In this document: positions 13,327-35,506 of the stretch, in pieces
Numbering within the stretch: the stretch's first letter is position 1
How the letters are laid out: each line of letters begins with the position of its first letter
Source: Lingula anatina
Lineage: Eukaryota; Animalia; Brachiopoda
Direction: 5' to 3'
Assembly (NCBI GenBank): GCA_051362555.1
Contig: CM120640.1
Location: 62,474,788-62,538,787 of the forward strand
DNA: 64,000 bases
Notes under the pieces: generated by a model
Seen by the model: only the letters and a program-made list of their open reading frames with translations
What the model was told of the DNA's origin: nothing
Databases searched by the model: none
Position numbers and translations under genes: made by a program

Positions 13327-13399
13327 TATAAAGCTGGTGTAGCGCAGTGCAGTCTCTTCAAGACACAAGACGAGGACTAAAAGCTAGAAAGTATAGCAG
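13327..13399 (+). promoter_or_regulatory. Putative TATA core promoter and non-coding first exon of the Toll-like receptor gene
   Basis: TATAAAG at 13327-13333, Inr-like GCAGT about 20-25 nt downstream, and a strong donor CAG|GTAAGA at 13399/13400. A matching acceptor TTTTTTACAG|GCATCATG at 17964/17965 lies five nt before the TLR ATG. Confidence 0.6.
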
Positions 13400-15215
13400 G
13401 TAAGACGTCATTTTATTTCCATCGTCTTTTCTTGCTCTCGGGGTTTGACGCCGAGTTGTTTGCACGGCTTTTCACGTTGTAGGACTAGGACATTACTTCT
13501 CAAAGACAGCGGTATTATTTTGAAAAGAGTGCTTTATTTTAAGAAGCTAATGACCAAGCAATTTATACATCTACAACATACCCAATTCGCAGTGAAACGC
13601 TTCTGGTAAGGTTTTTTTGGCAAATGGTCCATTGTAATCGAAGTGAACAGCATCCTTATTGAGAACTCAAACTCCTATCTACCCACTCTTTCACATGTTT
13701 TCCGTCTTCATCAAAACCAGATGGTGGCCACACACACTGGATAACGTCACCTCCAATATTTGACGGAGGAGCCTTAAAACTTAATCTATCTATGACTATA
13801 TTTTTCGTCAAAGCTAACACTGCCACTGGTTATAGAGATAAAATTTCAACAGACACTGTAACTAAAGATTAAATACGTCTACTAAACCGATGATTTGTAA
13901 GTGTACATAATCAGGTGGCCCACATGGCTTTGGTTAACCAAACTGCCGGTCGTTTACTCATGTTGTGTTACTAAATTATAGGATAAAACATGCATGTATA
14001 TCAACATTGGCAGTTTACAACCAATGAAACCAGAATAGGCAGGACTAAACTATAGTTGTAGCTACGAGACAGTGACGAGAATGTAGCGGAATCTTTGGGT
14101 TGCAGGACTGCAAGTAATGCACGCTGTTCTAAGCTCGGAAACAGAGAGAAGTAATTAGAATCGGATAGCTCTTCATACTGACAAGAGAAAAGAATCAACT
14201 AGCAAATGCTACTGTGCCGTGCTACTAGTTTACTCACTACGCACTTGTTTTGGTAAGAATATATGTAACCGCACTGCCATCAAATAAGGATTAGTAGGTC
14301 AGTTGTGATAAGGCGAACGTCCTTCACTCTCCTGACACTCCCATTTACTTGGTAGGCATGTATTTGGGTGATATAACAAGACTTTATGATGAATATATGG
14401 ATTAAATTTGCGCAAAAAATAAAAAAAAAATTCTCGAATAACTGGGAATTAAAAAGTTATGAATATAAACATATGTGAGGAATGAACCATAAGAAAATAC
14501 ACTTTCATTTTGAAAAAAATACTTAGACCTTGGCGAGCTTTTGAGCCGGAACCGAGTGTTGTTTACAGCTGTGTTTAAAATAATTTGATTGCTGTTCACA
14601 GTGTTGAACGTCAAGAAAAAATATGTACTAAAGTTTATTGTTTCATGGGCTGATTCAAATTAGTCGCATCCTCCCCAGGGAGGTGAGATCGTCAACACAG
14701 ATTGCAATGACCAGGTGACTTAAAATAAATATATTATATTATCTTATTAAATGATGTTTTAATAACAAAGGCTGTCAGTCACTTTTCTATTCATAATATC
14801 TCGCTAAATGATAATACTTGAAGTAAAATTGTTTGAGAGTGGCTTCTTGGCTTCCCAAATTGTTCACTTTTGATCATCAACATTTAGTCCAAGAGGAATA
14901 TGTCTCTGTTACTTCCCGGTGCAAGTTTTGCGTGGTAATTTCTTCCCAGTATTTCCCAGTAAGACGGTAGGGATACGTGAGCAAGTGCTAGAACCCACCT
15001 CATCCGTCACGAACAGTAAACACTTAGATCTGTACTATATACATCTTCAATAGTATTAACATGCAGAAATGGGAGATCGAAGTTTAGCCCATGCTGTTCA
15101 TGGCATGTGATAGATGACAAGCATCATTTGACAATGGTGAAAAGATGAGATCTAGTTGACATTATGTTGTGTAAGAGCAGAGGCAGAACCGTGAAAATAT
15201 TATTCACATGGGTTT

Positions 15216-15217
<2 letters not shown>

Positions 15218-15259
<42 letters not shown>

Positions 15260-15279
15260 CTGTGTATGTGTGTGTGTGT
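15218..15279. repeat. (CT)n(GT)n compound microsatellite
   Basis: Seen directly. Confidence 0.9.
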
Positions 15280-17131
15280 TTTCTCTGTCACTTATTTGGA
15301 TGTTGAAACCAGGGAGGTTATCCTAGATTTTTTTCATCATAACTGATTACGCGTTCTTGTGTAAACACAAGCCAGTGATAATGTGAAGGTGATATAACCT
15401 CTAACGCTGTTGTTAAACATTGTGATTGAGACATATTAAATCTTTCTTAAGCATACTTATGAGTTGCTTGTGGGTCTATTTTATAGGCCAGGTCCAATTA
15501 TTTTTAACATTTCTTGAATATCTTTGTCGATAATTTTGGCTTTGTTCTTATGCACAGATACATCAGTGCTGTTCATTTTTCTTTTTTTTCAGTTCTTTCT
15601 TCTTCCCTTATTAAGGTCGGTTGATCCGTTAAATTGACATAAATCGGTCAAAATAGGCCTTTTTCGGTTTCTTATATAAAATACTTAATCAGATATTTGT
15701 GTAATGAATTTAACCAGTTTGTTGTTTTATTTACCATCCCACGCGCTTCTGCTCTTAAGACTCCCCCTTTATCATCTCTCATTTTAACTGCTTTGAAAAT
15801 TGGCGTAAGATAGTGATCTTTTGGCGCCTTAAGTAAGTCATATATCAACGTGAAAATTGAGGTAGTGGACGTAGTAGATGACAAGGGTATGTGAAACACC
15901 ATCCGGTGCCGGCGTTTGCTTTAAATCTTTTTTGTTTATGAGATATCTATTTCATCGGCAATATTTCGCCTATGTACTGATAAAATCACAATCAAGCCTT
16001 TCAAGAAGATTCCCTGACACCAGTTTATTGTATTTATTGTTGTGATTAAGAAGGGGGTTAAACGGTGTCGATAGCTGTTCAGGTGAGAGAGATCTGCTTG
16101 AAATCGAAATCACAATTTAAAACACAAAAACGCAGCTCGAATTAGCAAATTCACCACGATGTATTTCTGACTTGACAGCATTATCACATAACATGACAGT
16201 TGTTTATTTTTGCGTTTTCTTAGCAGATAAAGAAATGGGTTCTAACGTGTCGAGCTTCCTAAATACCATAAAATATATATACCTGATAGTTACAAGCATG
16301 GATACTAGAACATTTTGAGAAAATACAAAATAAACGCAATTTTAAAACTTATTATTGTTGTTGTTTTTGTTGTTGTTAGTTGTAGACTTAAATTGTATAG
16401 GTACAGTGATTACTCATTGCCTTACGATGCAGGTCGATGTCAAAAACGGACATGTACCTAATTTACTTTGTTCCAGTTTTCTTTTCAATTATTTTGTCCC
16501 TTTATTTACATTAGAAGTCTGTGGACTGTCAGACGGTTAAAGTTTGTATATTTGCATATTTGTGTACTATTTTGTCAGACGACTGATGTACAGTTGTGTA
16601 GCTTGTCTGTACATACGTCAGTTTTAGCTGGCTTATTTATTCTTGTACAAAAACAGTGCTAGATCCAATATGTTTCGTTGGCTTTGAAACTACAGTGCCA
16701 CGGCTGGATGAAAACGGCTTTTGCATGCAATTTGTCACGCAATAAGTTTAAGTGGCCGTTACCAATAATCACCTCCAAAATGGGGCTAACAGGGAACGGA
16801 ACCTCTAATATACGTCTCTGAATTAAGTGACTAATGTCTGAGCAATATCTTGCAAAAATCGATTGAACTTTACCATCGTTATGAAGAGAAATGCTTCAAG
16901 AGCGTTTCAAGTGTGCTCGCTCATCACTTTAGAAATTTATTGTCGTTTAAACACCTTGCTTTAGTCTACATTAATTTAATGAATTTCATGATATTTATAA
17001 AACAAGAACGTTGACAATTTTCGTTTCTCCACAAAACACTATTTGCCAAATTTTCTTCACGGTAAAAAAATTGATAATTATAAATACTTCGGCTTTTTTT
17101 CTTTACCTTCTGAGACTATGAATAAATCTAA

Positions 17132-17346
17132 GACTGCATTCCCACAGATTTTAGATTGATCTATCCCCGTGGGGAGTCTCACTAGATTACTGTCAGCTTA
17201 GCCGGCTTAAATGTCTGTCCCGCCTACTAAAAGCTGTAAGGGGGTAATTAACTATCGTGCGTGATCGGCTGACAGCAATTTAGCGTGAACCCCTAGGGAG
17301 TTAGGTCGATCATGATAGATCGATCTATATCTGTGGGAATGCAGTC
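17132..17346. mobile_element. MITE with 18-bp perfect TIR (GACTGCATTCCCACAGAT) and TAA target-site duplication
   Basis: GACTGCATTCCCACAGAT at 17132-17149 and ATCTGTGGGAATGCAGTC at 17329-17346. The imperfect inverted match continues inward (TAGATTGATCTATC / GATAGATCGATCTA). TAA at 17129-17131 and 17347-17349. Confidence 0.85.
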
Positions 17347-17969
17347 TAAAATTCTTGCTGCTTTAAAAGCACCCATTTAGCAAATGCGTTATATTAAATG
17401 CATTGTATTTCATCTTTATCCAGTTTTAGCATAGAAAAAAATTAAGAACGCCAATGATTTTGTCATAATATTTAATTTCTTTTTATCTACCTGAAAATGC
17501 TAACACAAACAAGATAAAGAAAGATATACGACATGAGAGTCTTTCCATAAACATAAGTGTTAAAGCAGTGACGATGACTAACCTCTATTATTATATACCA
17601 GTTTCCAGTTGTTTTTTAAAACTTAGGGTAACAATGTCTGTCTCACAAACATACATATATTCTGACTGTTCACGCGCAGATACCGGGCAGATAACAGAAT
17701 TCTACAATAATTAATCACGGCTAGAAGCAGGCAATAAGTGTGATAATAACAATCCAGCTGACGGTTTGATTTAAAATGGATTTTCCACATAGTGTGACCT
17801 ACTCGCAATATTACACTCTGCTTATTTCAAGTGCATAAGATTTAGCTTAACCAATCCATTTTCTAGAACAACTGATAGTTCTGATTGTTCTCGATATAAA
17901 GACATTGCTTACGAAGTAGAATTTCATGTAAACTCCGCATAAATTTATTCCTGCTTTTTTACAGGCATC

Positions 17970-20900
17970 ATGGACATTCTTTCAACTAGGACGCTGATGA
18001 AGGCGCTGATGGCACTTATAGTCTTATTCAGTTCTACCATGGGCCAACCGCCGCGAATCCAGTATTACTGTCCTACAAATTGTCGCTGTGCAACTCTTCC
18101 GGGCAGGGGTGATGCCGTTCAGTTAGTTTGTCGATACAGAAGTCTAACAAACAGCAGCCTTGTCCCAATACAGACCAACCATACGGTATGGCTATCAGTG
18201 CTCTGTACCGCTTCATTTTTTTCAAGGCCACGCAGTGAGCCACAAGACAACCAATTCTCACACCTATATTATCTAGAAGAGTTAAGCATCATTGCATGTC
18301 GTCTGGAAGATATTCCATCACGCTGGTTTGTTGGACTAACTAGTTTAAAACGACTGAGCATAGGCAACGTTCTCCAGGCAAGAGACAGTGCATCACCGTT
18401 GCCCTTTGGCGTTTTCGACGCGGTTCCAAATCTGGAACAACTTGAAGTTATCGGAGACAATCGTTGGTTTCACACGGGGATGTTTTGCAATCTCCACAGA
18501 TTGAAATATCTCAAACTGGGACCGAATTCACTATTGGATGTGTGGGACGCAGGGTTCAATTGTTCCAGTGACGAAACATGTTCTTTGTGTTCTTCGAATG
18601 TTGAAGAAGTAAATTTAGGTTATAATTTCTTAAGTCAGCTTCCATCTGGATTGGGCATGGCATTCCCCAACCTTGTAACATTAAACTTCAGCCACAATTT
18701 TATGCAGAATATATCAGATAAAGGATTAGGAAATCTTCAGAAATTACAGACGTTAGATTTAAGTCACAACGTGTTAGAAAATCTGGGCCAGAAGCAGTTT
18801 GCTGAGATGGAAAATTTGCAATATCTGAACTTGTCGTACAATGCTTTGACATTTGTGGCTGACACGGCGTTCGAAAACTGCACTTTGTTAAAGGTGGTGC
18901 TCCTCCAGGGAAACAGACTGACAGATGTTGGCAGCGCACTGGGAGATCTTTCATCTCTCCTGCATTTAGATATTAGCAACAATAGTCTCAGCACCATTAC
19001 AAATGAAACTTTTCAGCACAATGTACGTCTGCATACCCTGAACTTAGACTTAAATAAATTGACAACAATACCGCCTGGCGCGTTCGGGAACTTGAACCTT
19101 TTGATGAATCTGGGATTGTCTAAAAATTCCTTATCCACATTGGGCGGACAAAGTTTAAAGGGGCTGTTCAGGCTTCAGGAGTTAAATTTAGCCGAGAATC
19201 TTATTGACAAGACGCACCCAAGCGCGTTCCAAGACTGCCAAAGTGTCACTGCTTTAAACTTTAGCAATAACTTTCTAACCTCTATACCTTCGACATTACG
19301 GCACCTCTCCGTTTTAACCATCCTTGACATGGCGAAAAACAGTATCAGAGAAATAAAATTTGATGATTTACTAGGTTTGAACTATTTGCAAGGAATTAAG
19401 CTGAAGGATAATTTTATCCCCGAGATTCCTCGGGAATTTTTCTACAGCGCGCGAAACTTGAGAGTGATAAATATGGCCAACAACAGAATATCAAAAATAG
19501 AAATGGGCGCATTTGATCCTTTAGAAAATTTAACTTATATCAAGTTGGAAAATAATGAAATCAAAAACATTGACTTCATTTTCAATAGACTTTCTAAGCT
19601 TTCTGTTCTGAATTTAGAAAACAACAGAATCCAATGGCTTGAAAGAGACACGTTTCCCTTGTATTTGCAGCAAGTTCACCTACGCCTGAATAGGATTTCC
19701 TACATAGCTCCGTACACATTTTCAGATCTAATATTACTTTTCAACGTGGACTTAAGGGTTAACAGTATACGTGTGCTTGAAAGAGAGGCGCTCTACGTTT
19801 CACCGCTCACGCGGCAAATTCCGGGCTTTGCCCATGTTCCCGAGATCCAACTGGGCGGTAATATTCTCAACTGTACTTGCGATATGGAGTGGCTGGACAT
19901 TATGTACAGATACTACCAATCTAACCCAAAGTTCCCCAAAATTCCTGATATGAACGATGTCTACTGTAGAAATGCCTTTCCCGGTGAGAAGGGCTTAAAG
20001 CGATATGTGGAACTAAGAGGGGAGGATGTGGTGTGCCAGTACCAGACCTACTGTTCGTCCATCTTTTGTCACTGCTGTGAATTTACTGCGTGCGATTGCA
20101 GACATGTTTGTCCGGAAAACTGCACGTGCTACCAAACACACGACACTAATATCAATGACGTTCGATGTGATAACAAAGGATATACGTCTGTGCCACACTT
20201 AGGGATGATGCTTACAAATCTAACATTAGCCAACAATGGAATAACGGAACTTAAACCAATGGGGTTCATAGGAAAAAGACATCTTTCAAGTATTGACTTA
20301 GCTAACAATAGTTTAGTTTCCATAGCAAACCAATCCTTCACTGGTCTTTTTCAACTCCGAACTCTCAATCTCAGTTTTAACTTACTCGAAGATCTGAAAG
20401 AATACTCTTTTTCCGGGCTGACAATGCTGGAAAACCTCTACTTGGATCACAATTTATTGACCAGCATCGATCCAAGTACCTTCGCAAGTTTATCTCGGTT
20501 AAAGATTCTTACACTGCATAGCAACCGGCTGGAATATTTGTTGCTCCCAGACGTCTTTGACGTAACGTCTCTGGTTCATTTGACGCTGTCCCATAATCGA
20601 TGGCCGTGTGACTGTGACGTTATATATGACTTCAAACACTGGGTGGTTTCATACAAAGCCATTATCTTTGATGTAGGAAACATCAACTGTACTTTTAAGA
20701 GAATAAATGGAAGTGAATACGAAATCATGAAAGTCAACAATACACAGTATCCGGTGCAGCGTGTAGTAGGAAAACGCGCAAAATACAAAGGGGGCGTGGA
20801 TGATGTGATGGTTGTACAAAATAAAGTGCTTTATTTTGATGAAGACTTTTACTGCAATAACATAACAAGAAATAACTCTGGATCAGTCCGATATATCCAC

Positions 20901-21569
20901 AAGAAGGAAATCAACACAACCCATGTCGCAGCACTAGTGTCAGTGTCAATTTTATTCTTTTTAACTGTGATAGTGACTTCCCTTCTCCTTTACTACAGAA
21001 CTGAAATCAAAGTTTGGATATTTGTTAAGTTCGGCTGTCGGCCCTTTTACAAGCCGCCGGATGACGATGAAAAGATATTCGATGCCTTCATCTCTTACAG
21101 TAGCAAAGATGAGCATTTAATCGTCCACGAACTGGCCCCTCGTCTTGAGAACGGTCACCCGAGTTACAAGCTCTGCCTGCACTATAGAGACTTCCCCGTA
21201 GGAGCAAGTATCGCAGAGACAATTATTGACGCAGTGGAGGCCAGTAAACGGACAATCCTCGTACTTTCACAGAATTTTTTAGACAGTGAATGGTGTTTGT
21301 ACGAGTTCCAAACCGCCCATCATCAGGCTCTCCAAGATCGCACAAACAGGGTCATTGTTATTCTTTTGGAGGATATCCCTCTTAAAAATATGGATAACGA
21401 GTTGCGTGCTTACATGAAAACGAAAACGTATCTGCGGTGGGACGATCCATGGTTCTGGGACAAAATGGCGTATGCCCTACCAGACGTACACAAAGACAGG
21501 GTTAATAATGAAATTGAACTCCCTGAGAAGTTTTTGTTTAATGGATATAGAGGCCAGAGTAGAGTATAA
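17970..21569 (+). CDS. Toll-like receptor, multiple-cysteine-cluster (mcc) type, resembling Tollo/18-wheeler/Toll-6/7
   Basis: Uninterrupted 1199-aa ORF: signal peptide, LRRNT (CPTNCRC), about 20 LRRs, LRRCT (NILNCTCDMEWL), internal Cys cluster CHCCEFTACDCRHVCPENCTCY, further LRRs, second LRRCT (NRWPCDCD), TM helix (VAALVSVSILFFLTVIVTSLLLYY), TIR domain (FDAFISYS..LCLHYRDFPVG..SEWCLYEF..FWDKM). Confidence 0.96.
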   Translation: MDILSTRTLMKALMALIVLFSSTMGQPPRIQYYCPTNCRCATLPGRGDAVQLVCRYRSLTNSSLVPIQTNHTVWLSVLCTASFFSRPRSEPQDNQFSHLYYLEELSIIACRLEDIPSRWFVGLTSLKRLSIGNVLQARDSASPLPFGVFDAVPNLEQLEVIGDNRWFHTGMFCNLHRLKYLKLGPNSLLDVWDAGFNCSSDETCSLCSSNVEEVNLGYNFLSQLPSGLGMAFPNLVTLNFSHNFMQNISDKGLGNLQKLQTLDLSHNVLENLGQKQFAEMENLQYLNLSYNALTFVADTAFENCTLLKVVLLQGNRLTDVGSALGDLSSLLHLDISNNSLSTITNETFQHNVRLHTLNLDLNKLTTIPPGAFGNLNLLMNLGLSKNSLSTLGGQSLKGLFRLQELNLAENLIDKTHPSAFQDCQSVTALNFSNNFLTSIPSTLRHLSVLTILDMAKNSIREIKFDDLLGLNYLQGIKLKDNFIPEIPREFFYSARNLRVINMANNRISKIEMGAFDPLENLTYIKLENNEIKNIDFIFNRLSKLSVLNLENNRIQWLERDTFPLYLQQVHLRLNRISYIAPYTFSDLILLFNVDLRVNSIRVLEREALYVSPLTRQIPGFAHVPEIQLGGNILNCTCDMEWLDIMYRYYQSNPKFPKIPDMNDVYCRNAFPGEKGLKRYVELRGEDVVCQYQTYCSSIFCHCCEFTACDCRHVCPENCTCYQTHDTNINDVRCDNKGYTSVPHLGMMLTNLTLANNGITELKPMGFIGKRHLSSIDLANNSLVSIANQSFTGLFQLRTLNLSFNLLEDLKEYSFSGLTMLENLYLDHNLLTSIDPSTFASLSRLKILTLHSNRLEYLLLPDVFDVTSLVHLTLSHNRWPCDCDVIYDFKHWVVSYKAIIFDVGNINCTFKRINGSEYEIMKVNNTQYPVQRVVGKRAKYKGGVDDVMVVQNKVLYFDEDFYCNNITRNNSGSVRYIHKKEINTTHVAALVSVSILFFLTVIVTSLLLYYRTEIKVWIFVKFGCRPFYKPPDDDEKIFDAFISYSSKDEHLIVHELAPRLENGHPSYKLCLHYRDFPVGASIAETIIDAVEASKRTILVLSQNFLDSEWCLYEFQTAHHQALQDRTNRVIVILLEDIPLKNMDNELRAYMKTKTYLRWDDPWFWDKMAYALPDVHKDRVNNEIELPEKFLFNGYRGQSRV

Positions 21570-23962
21570 TGCTTCTGCTGTAAAAATCGAAATATATCCC
21601 CTGATTGAGCCTGTTTTGAGGTTTTGGTTACAGTGAACGCGGGCTGTCTTTAATTAACACTTTGTGTTTAATATTTTTGTATGTTTGCATAGTAATAATA
21701 GTACGACAGAACGCAAGACGTTCTTTACCGAACTTAATATTTTTCCATATTTATGAACTTAATAAGTGCTACATGTATATCTGAAAATTCCAAGAACTAC
21801 CGACAAAGTGTCCTATGGAAAAGAGCTGTACCGTCAATTCCTAAAGTTCAATGCTTACGTGGCAAAACGTTTCAGGCGCAGGGATGGAATCACTGTCAGG
21901 GGTTGAAAAGATTTTCAATCCACTTGCGAAGCTTTTTCCCTTAGTGCTCATTATAATTTTCCCCTTGTTTGTCCATTCAACTTACATGTATATATTCCGA
22001 AGCGTTTTCAATAGCATTTAAAAATTAGTGGTCCCAGCATTTATTAATTATCGCCATTATCTTATTTTATCGCGAATCATATTTTTTTATCACAAAATGT
22101 AATGTTTTTGTTCTTTTTTATTATTGAATATTGAGTGTCTAATAAGATGGCATATTCTAAATAATATAACTGTTGTCAATAATAACACTCGCTTTATTTT
22201 GTAAAGAAAAGTTCGCCCTCTCCCCCATGCATGTAGGTATTAACTGAAAAACAGATTTAAGTTTATAATAGGCCTATATTTTTAATTAGTAAGTTTTGAA
22301 AGTAATATAGCATTATTTTACTTCCATATCTATCTGCGAAGTCAACATGCCAAATAAGCTTGTCATTAAAGTTTTGTTTCTTTGAATTCGTGGGTATGAA
22401 AAAAATTAATGAGCTACCATAAAAACAGGACCACCTTGGATAAAAATTTTCTGAAATATTTTGAGAACAATTGAATTCTCGCCTCGCACACCGTTCTCAG
22501 TCCAATCTATAAAATCTATACGATAGCGAACTGGTTTAAAAATAAAACAATGCCACCTCAAAGTTAGTTATGTAGTTAAAAAAACATACAGGACCTATGA
22601 GATGATACCTATATTGTTCAAAGAATATAGGTCATTCGCTTAGACTTCGATCCAAACTAACATGTTCCTTTCGATCCACTGTACGTATCAGTTTATCAAC
22701 AGCTTTTATTGCCCAAATTAGAAGCTTCACTATAAAGTGAATTGGCGATTTATCTAATAGAGACGATAGAAGATGGCAGACATCAAAGACAGAGAACCAA
22801 TCACGCCTTATTGAGTTTATCTCTGAAAGAACACAATTTCACATCTAATTTATTTTCCATCTGAACTGATTAAATAGGACGTGCCACCCGGACGAGATTG
22901 AACTTTGAAGGGAGTCTAATTTACGCCAGGAGCTGTTGATAGAATGACAAACGTGTTGCAATGAATGATGTAAACTAAGTGAAAAAAATTAAAGATCGAG
23001 TCATTATCGGCGCCACCTTAAGTTTTTTACCATACATTTTAGAAGCCCAGTAATTGAAAATAACATGTTAATTACTCTTCGTAAAGCAGGTCAAATCATA
23101 ACTATTTGGTGCAGTCGTAGATTTTCTGTTTTCATTTTGAATTTGATATCATAAAACGATGTCCATGTAAAACTGGTGTTCTCATAAACCATGCAATAAC
23201 AGAAAGATCACTTTCCACGGCGAACATAGCATTTAACTAAACGCGTTAGGTATTCATCTCTGCTCGCACAGTAAATTCCGGTCTTGTTGGCATGTTTTCT
23301 TTCGTGTCTTTATACACTTTCAAGAATTCCATATTGCAACGACTTCATGAAAAAACTAAAGAAACGTTCCAAATACTTTTGCATTTATTTTTCCATATGC
23401 ATCATGTATTAAAATACTGTAATATTATTTACATTCTAAAAGATTTATCAATATTTGAATATCCCTCTGGATTTCTTCCATTAGCACACCAAAATCTACC
23501 ATCACTACTGGTATATACAAGCTGAACGATTGACCTTTCTCATTTACATTGTATAAATATACATTTAAGGTTGTCAAAGTAAAGACATGCTTCTAATTTA
23601 TTCATTACATGTAAATGGAGCTAGGGAACTAGTTCAGAGGTTAACAGAGTGACAGCCTTTGATCAAAAACAGTCCATTTTCTTACACAGAAACATCTAGC
23701 AATGTCTGTTTGCTGTCCAATATTGGTAATTTCTGATTATATTGCTGTTTTGCTCCATCTCCAAGTTTAATGATCTGTACATACAGACCAGAATGAACCA
23801 TCTCTGTTGCCAACATTATTCAACACATTATTCATCTGATCCATCTTCTCAAATTTAACCTAGATGGCTGCTCCACCTTCACAATCGACAGTCACAGTGG
23901 GATCAACTGGAGGTTTGCTTTTCTCACTCCATACAAGAACCAGGTCCATGAATAATAACCTA

Positions 23963-34764
<10,802 letters not shown>

Positions 34765-35506
34765 CGAGAATACCCTGCGTCAAAACAAAGACGTTTGCAG
34801 ATTAAGCCTCACTCGGTCACAAAAAGGGCATTGGGGTAAATAGAATAAAAAGATTGGCAATATGATAATAGCGGAACAAGCAACCTGTGGTACTGTGTTG
34901 CGAACTTTGAGATGGCAAAACGAATGAAAACTAAGAACCTGAAATGGGAATTTTTTCAGTCTCTAGTCACTGCATTGTCAGTTAGGTAAATTATAAATTT
35001 GAAAAGTAGGACCTAAAGATCGAGGAAGAAAATCAGAAAAAAAATTGGAGAGAGAAAAACATAAGAATGAATGAAACCAATTTTCTTATATACTAATAGG
35101 TATTATGCACAAACTAAGTTGTCTTCAATCACATTGCTCAGCATAAACTGACTAGCATTCACACATTTTGCATTTTATCAGGCAACCTGGAAAGAAAAGA
35201 AGCGCAATCATCTTTGCATTCGTCAGTGCTGGTGCACAACGATCATTGATGCTAAAACATGTAAGTTGTGCTGACCCATTATTGGATACCCATTATATGT
35301 TTTATGTCATAAAAACTGTCATAAATACTTCCATGTAAACATATCCGTGGTAGAAATAGTTTATTCATCGGTATTTCACTTATGTTTAGGAAAGCGTAGG
35401 ACAACGTTTCTTTGTTTCCGCCCCAAATCGTCTTTAATTTCGAGTTCCCCAGTCTCGCGTTTGCTTTGTTATCACATGATTTCTACGAGACTTGTTCAAG
35501 CTCAAA
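34765..35506. promoter_or_regulatory. Probable bidirectional promoter region between KDM1A (-) and the DUF4139 gene (+)
   Basis: The start codons diverge only about 740 bp apart. Both first coding exons are CpG-rich relative to the gene bodies. A YY1-like AAAATGGCGGC overlaps the DUF4139 gene ATG (35507). Confidence 0.6.

Noticed and set aside
18073-20788. Several 60-84-aa ORFs overlapping the TLR
   Set aside because: Alternative-frame or antisense shadows of the long TLR ORF.
22640-22680. TTCGATCCA twice, reminiscent of a tRNA/SINE B-box
   Set aside because: No A-box, cloverleaf or tail; no tRNA or SINE call is justified.
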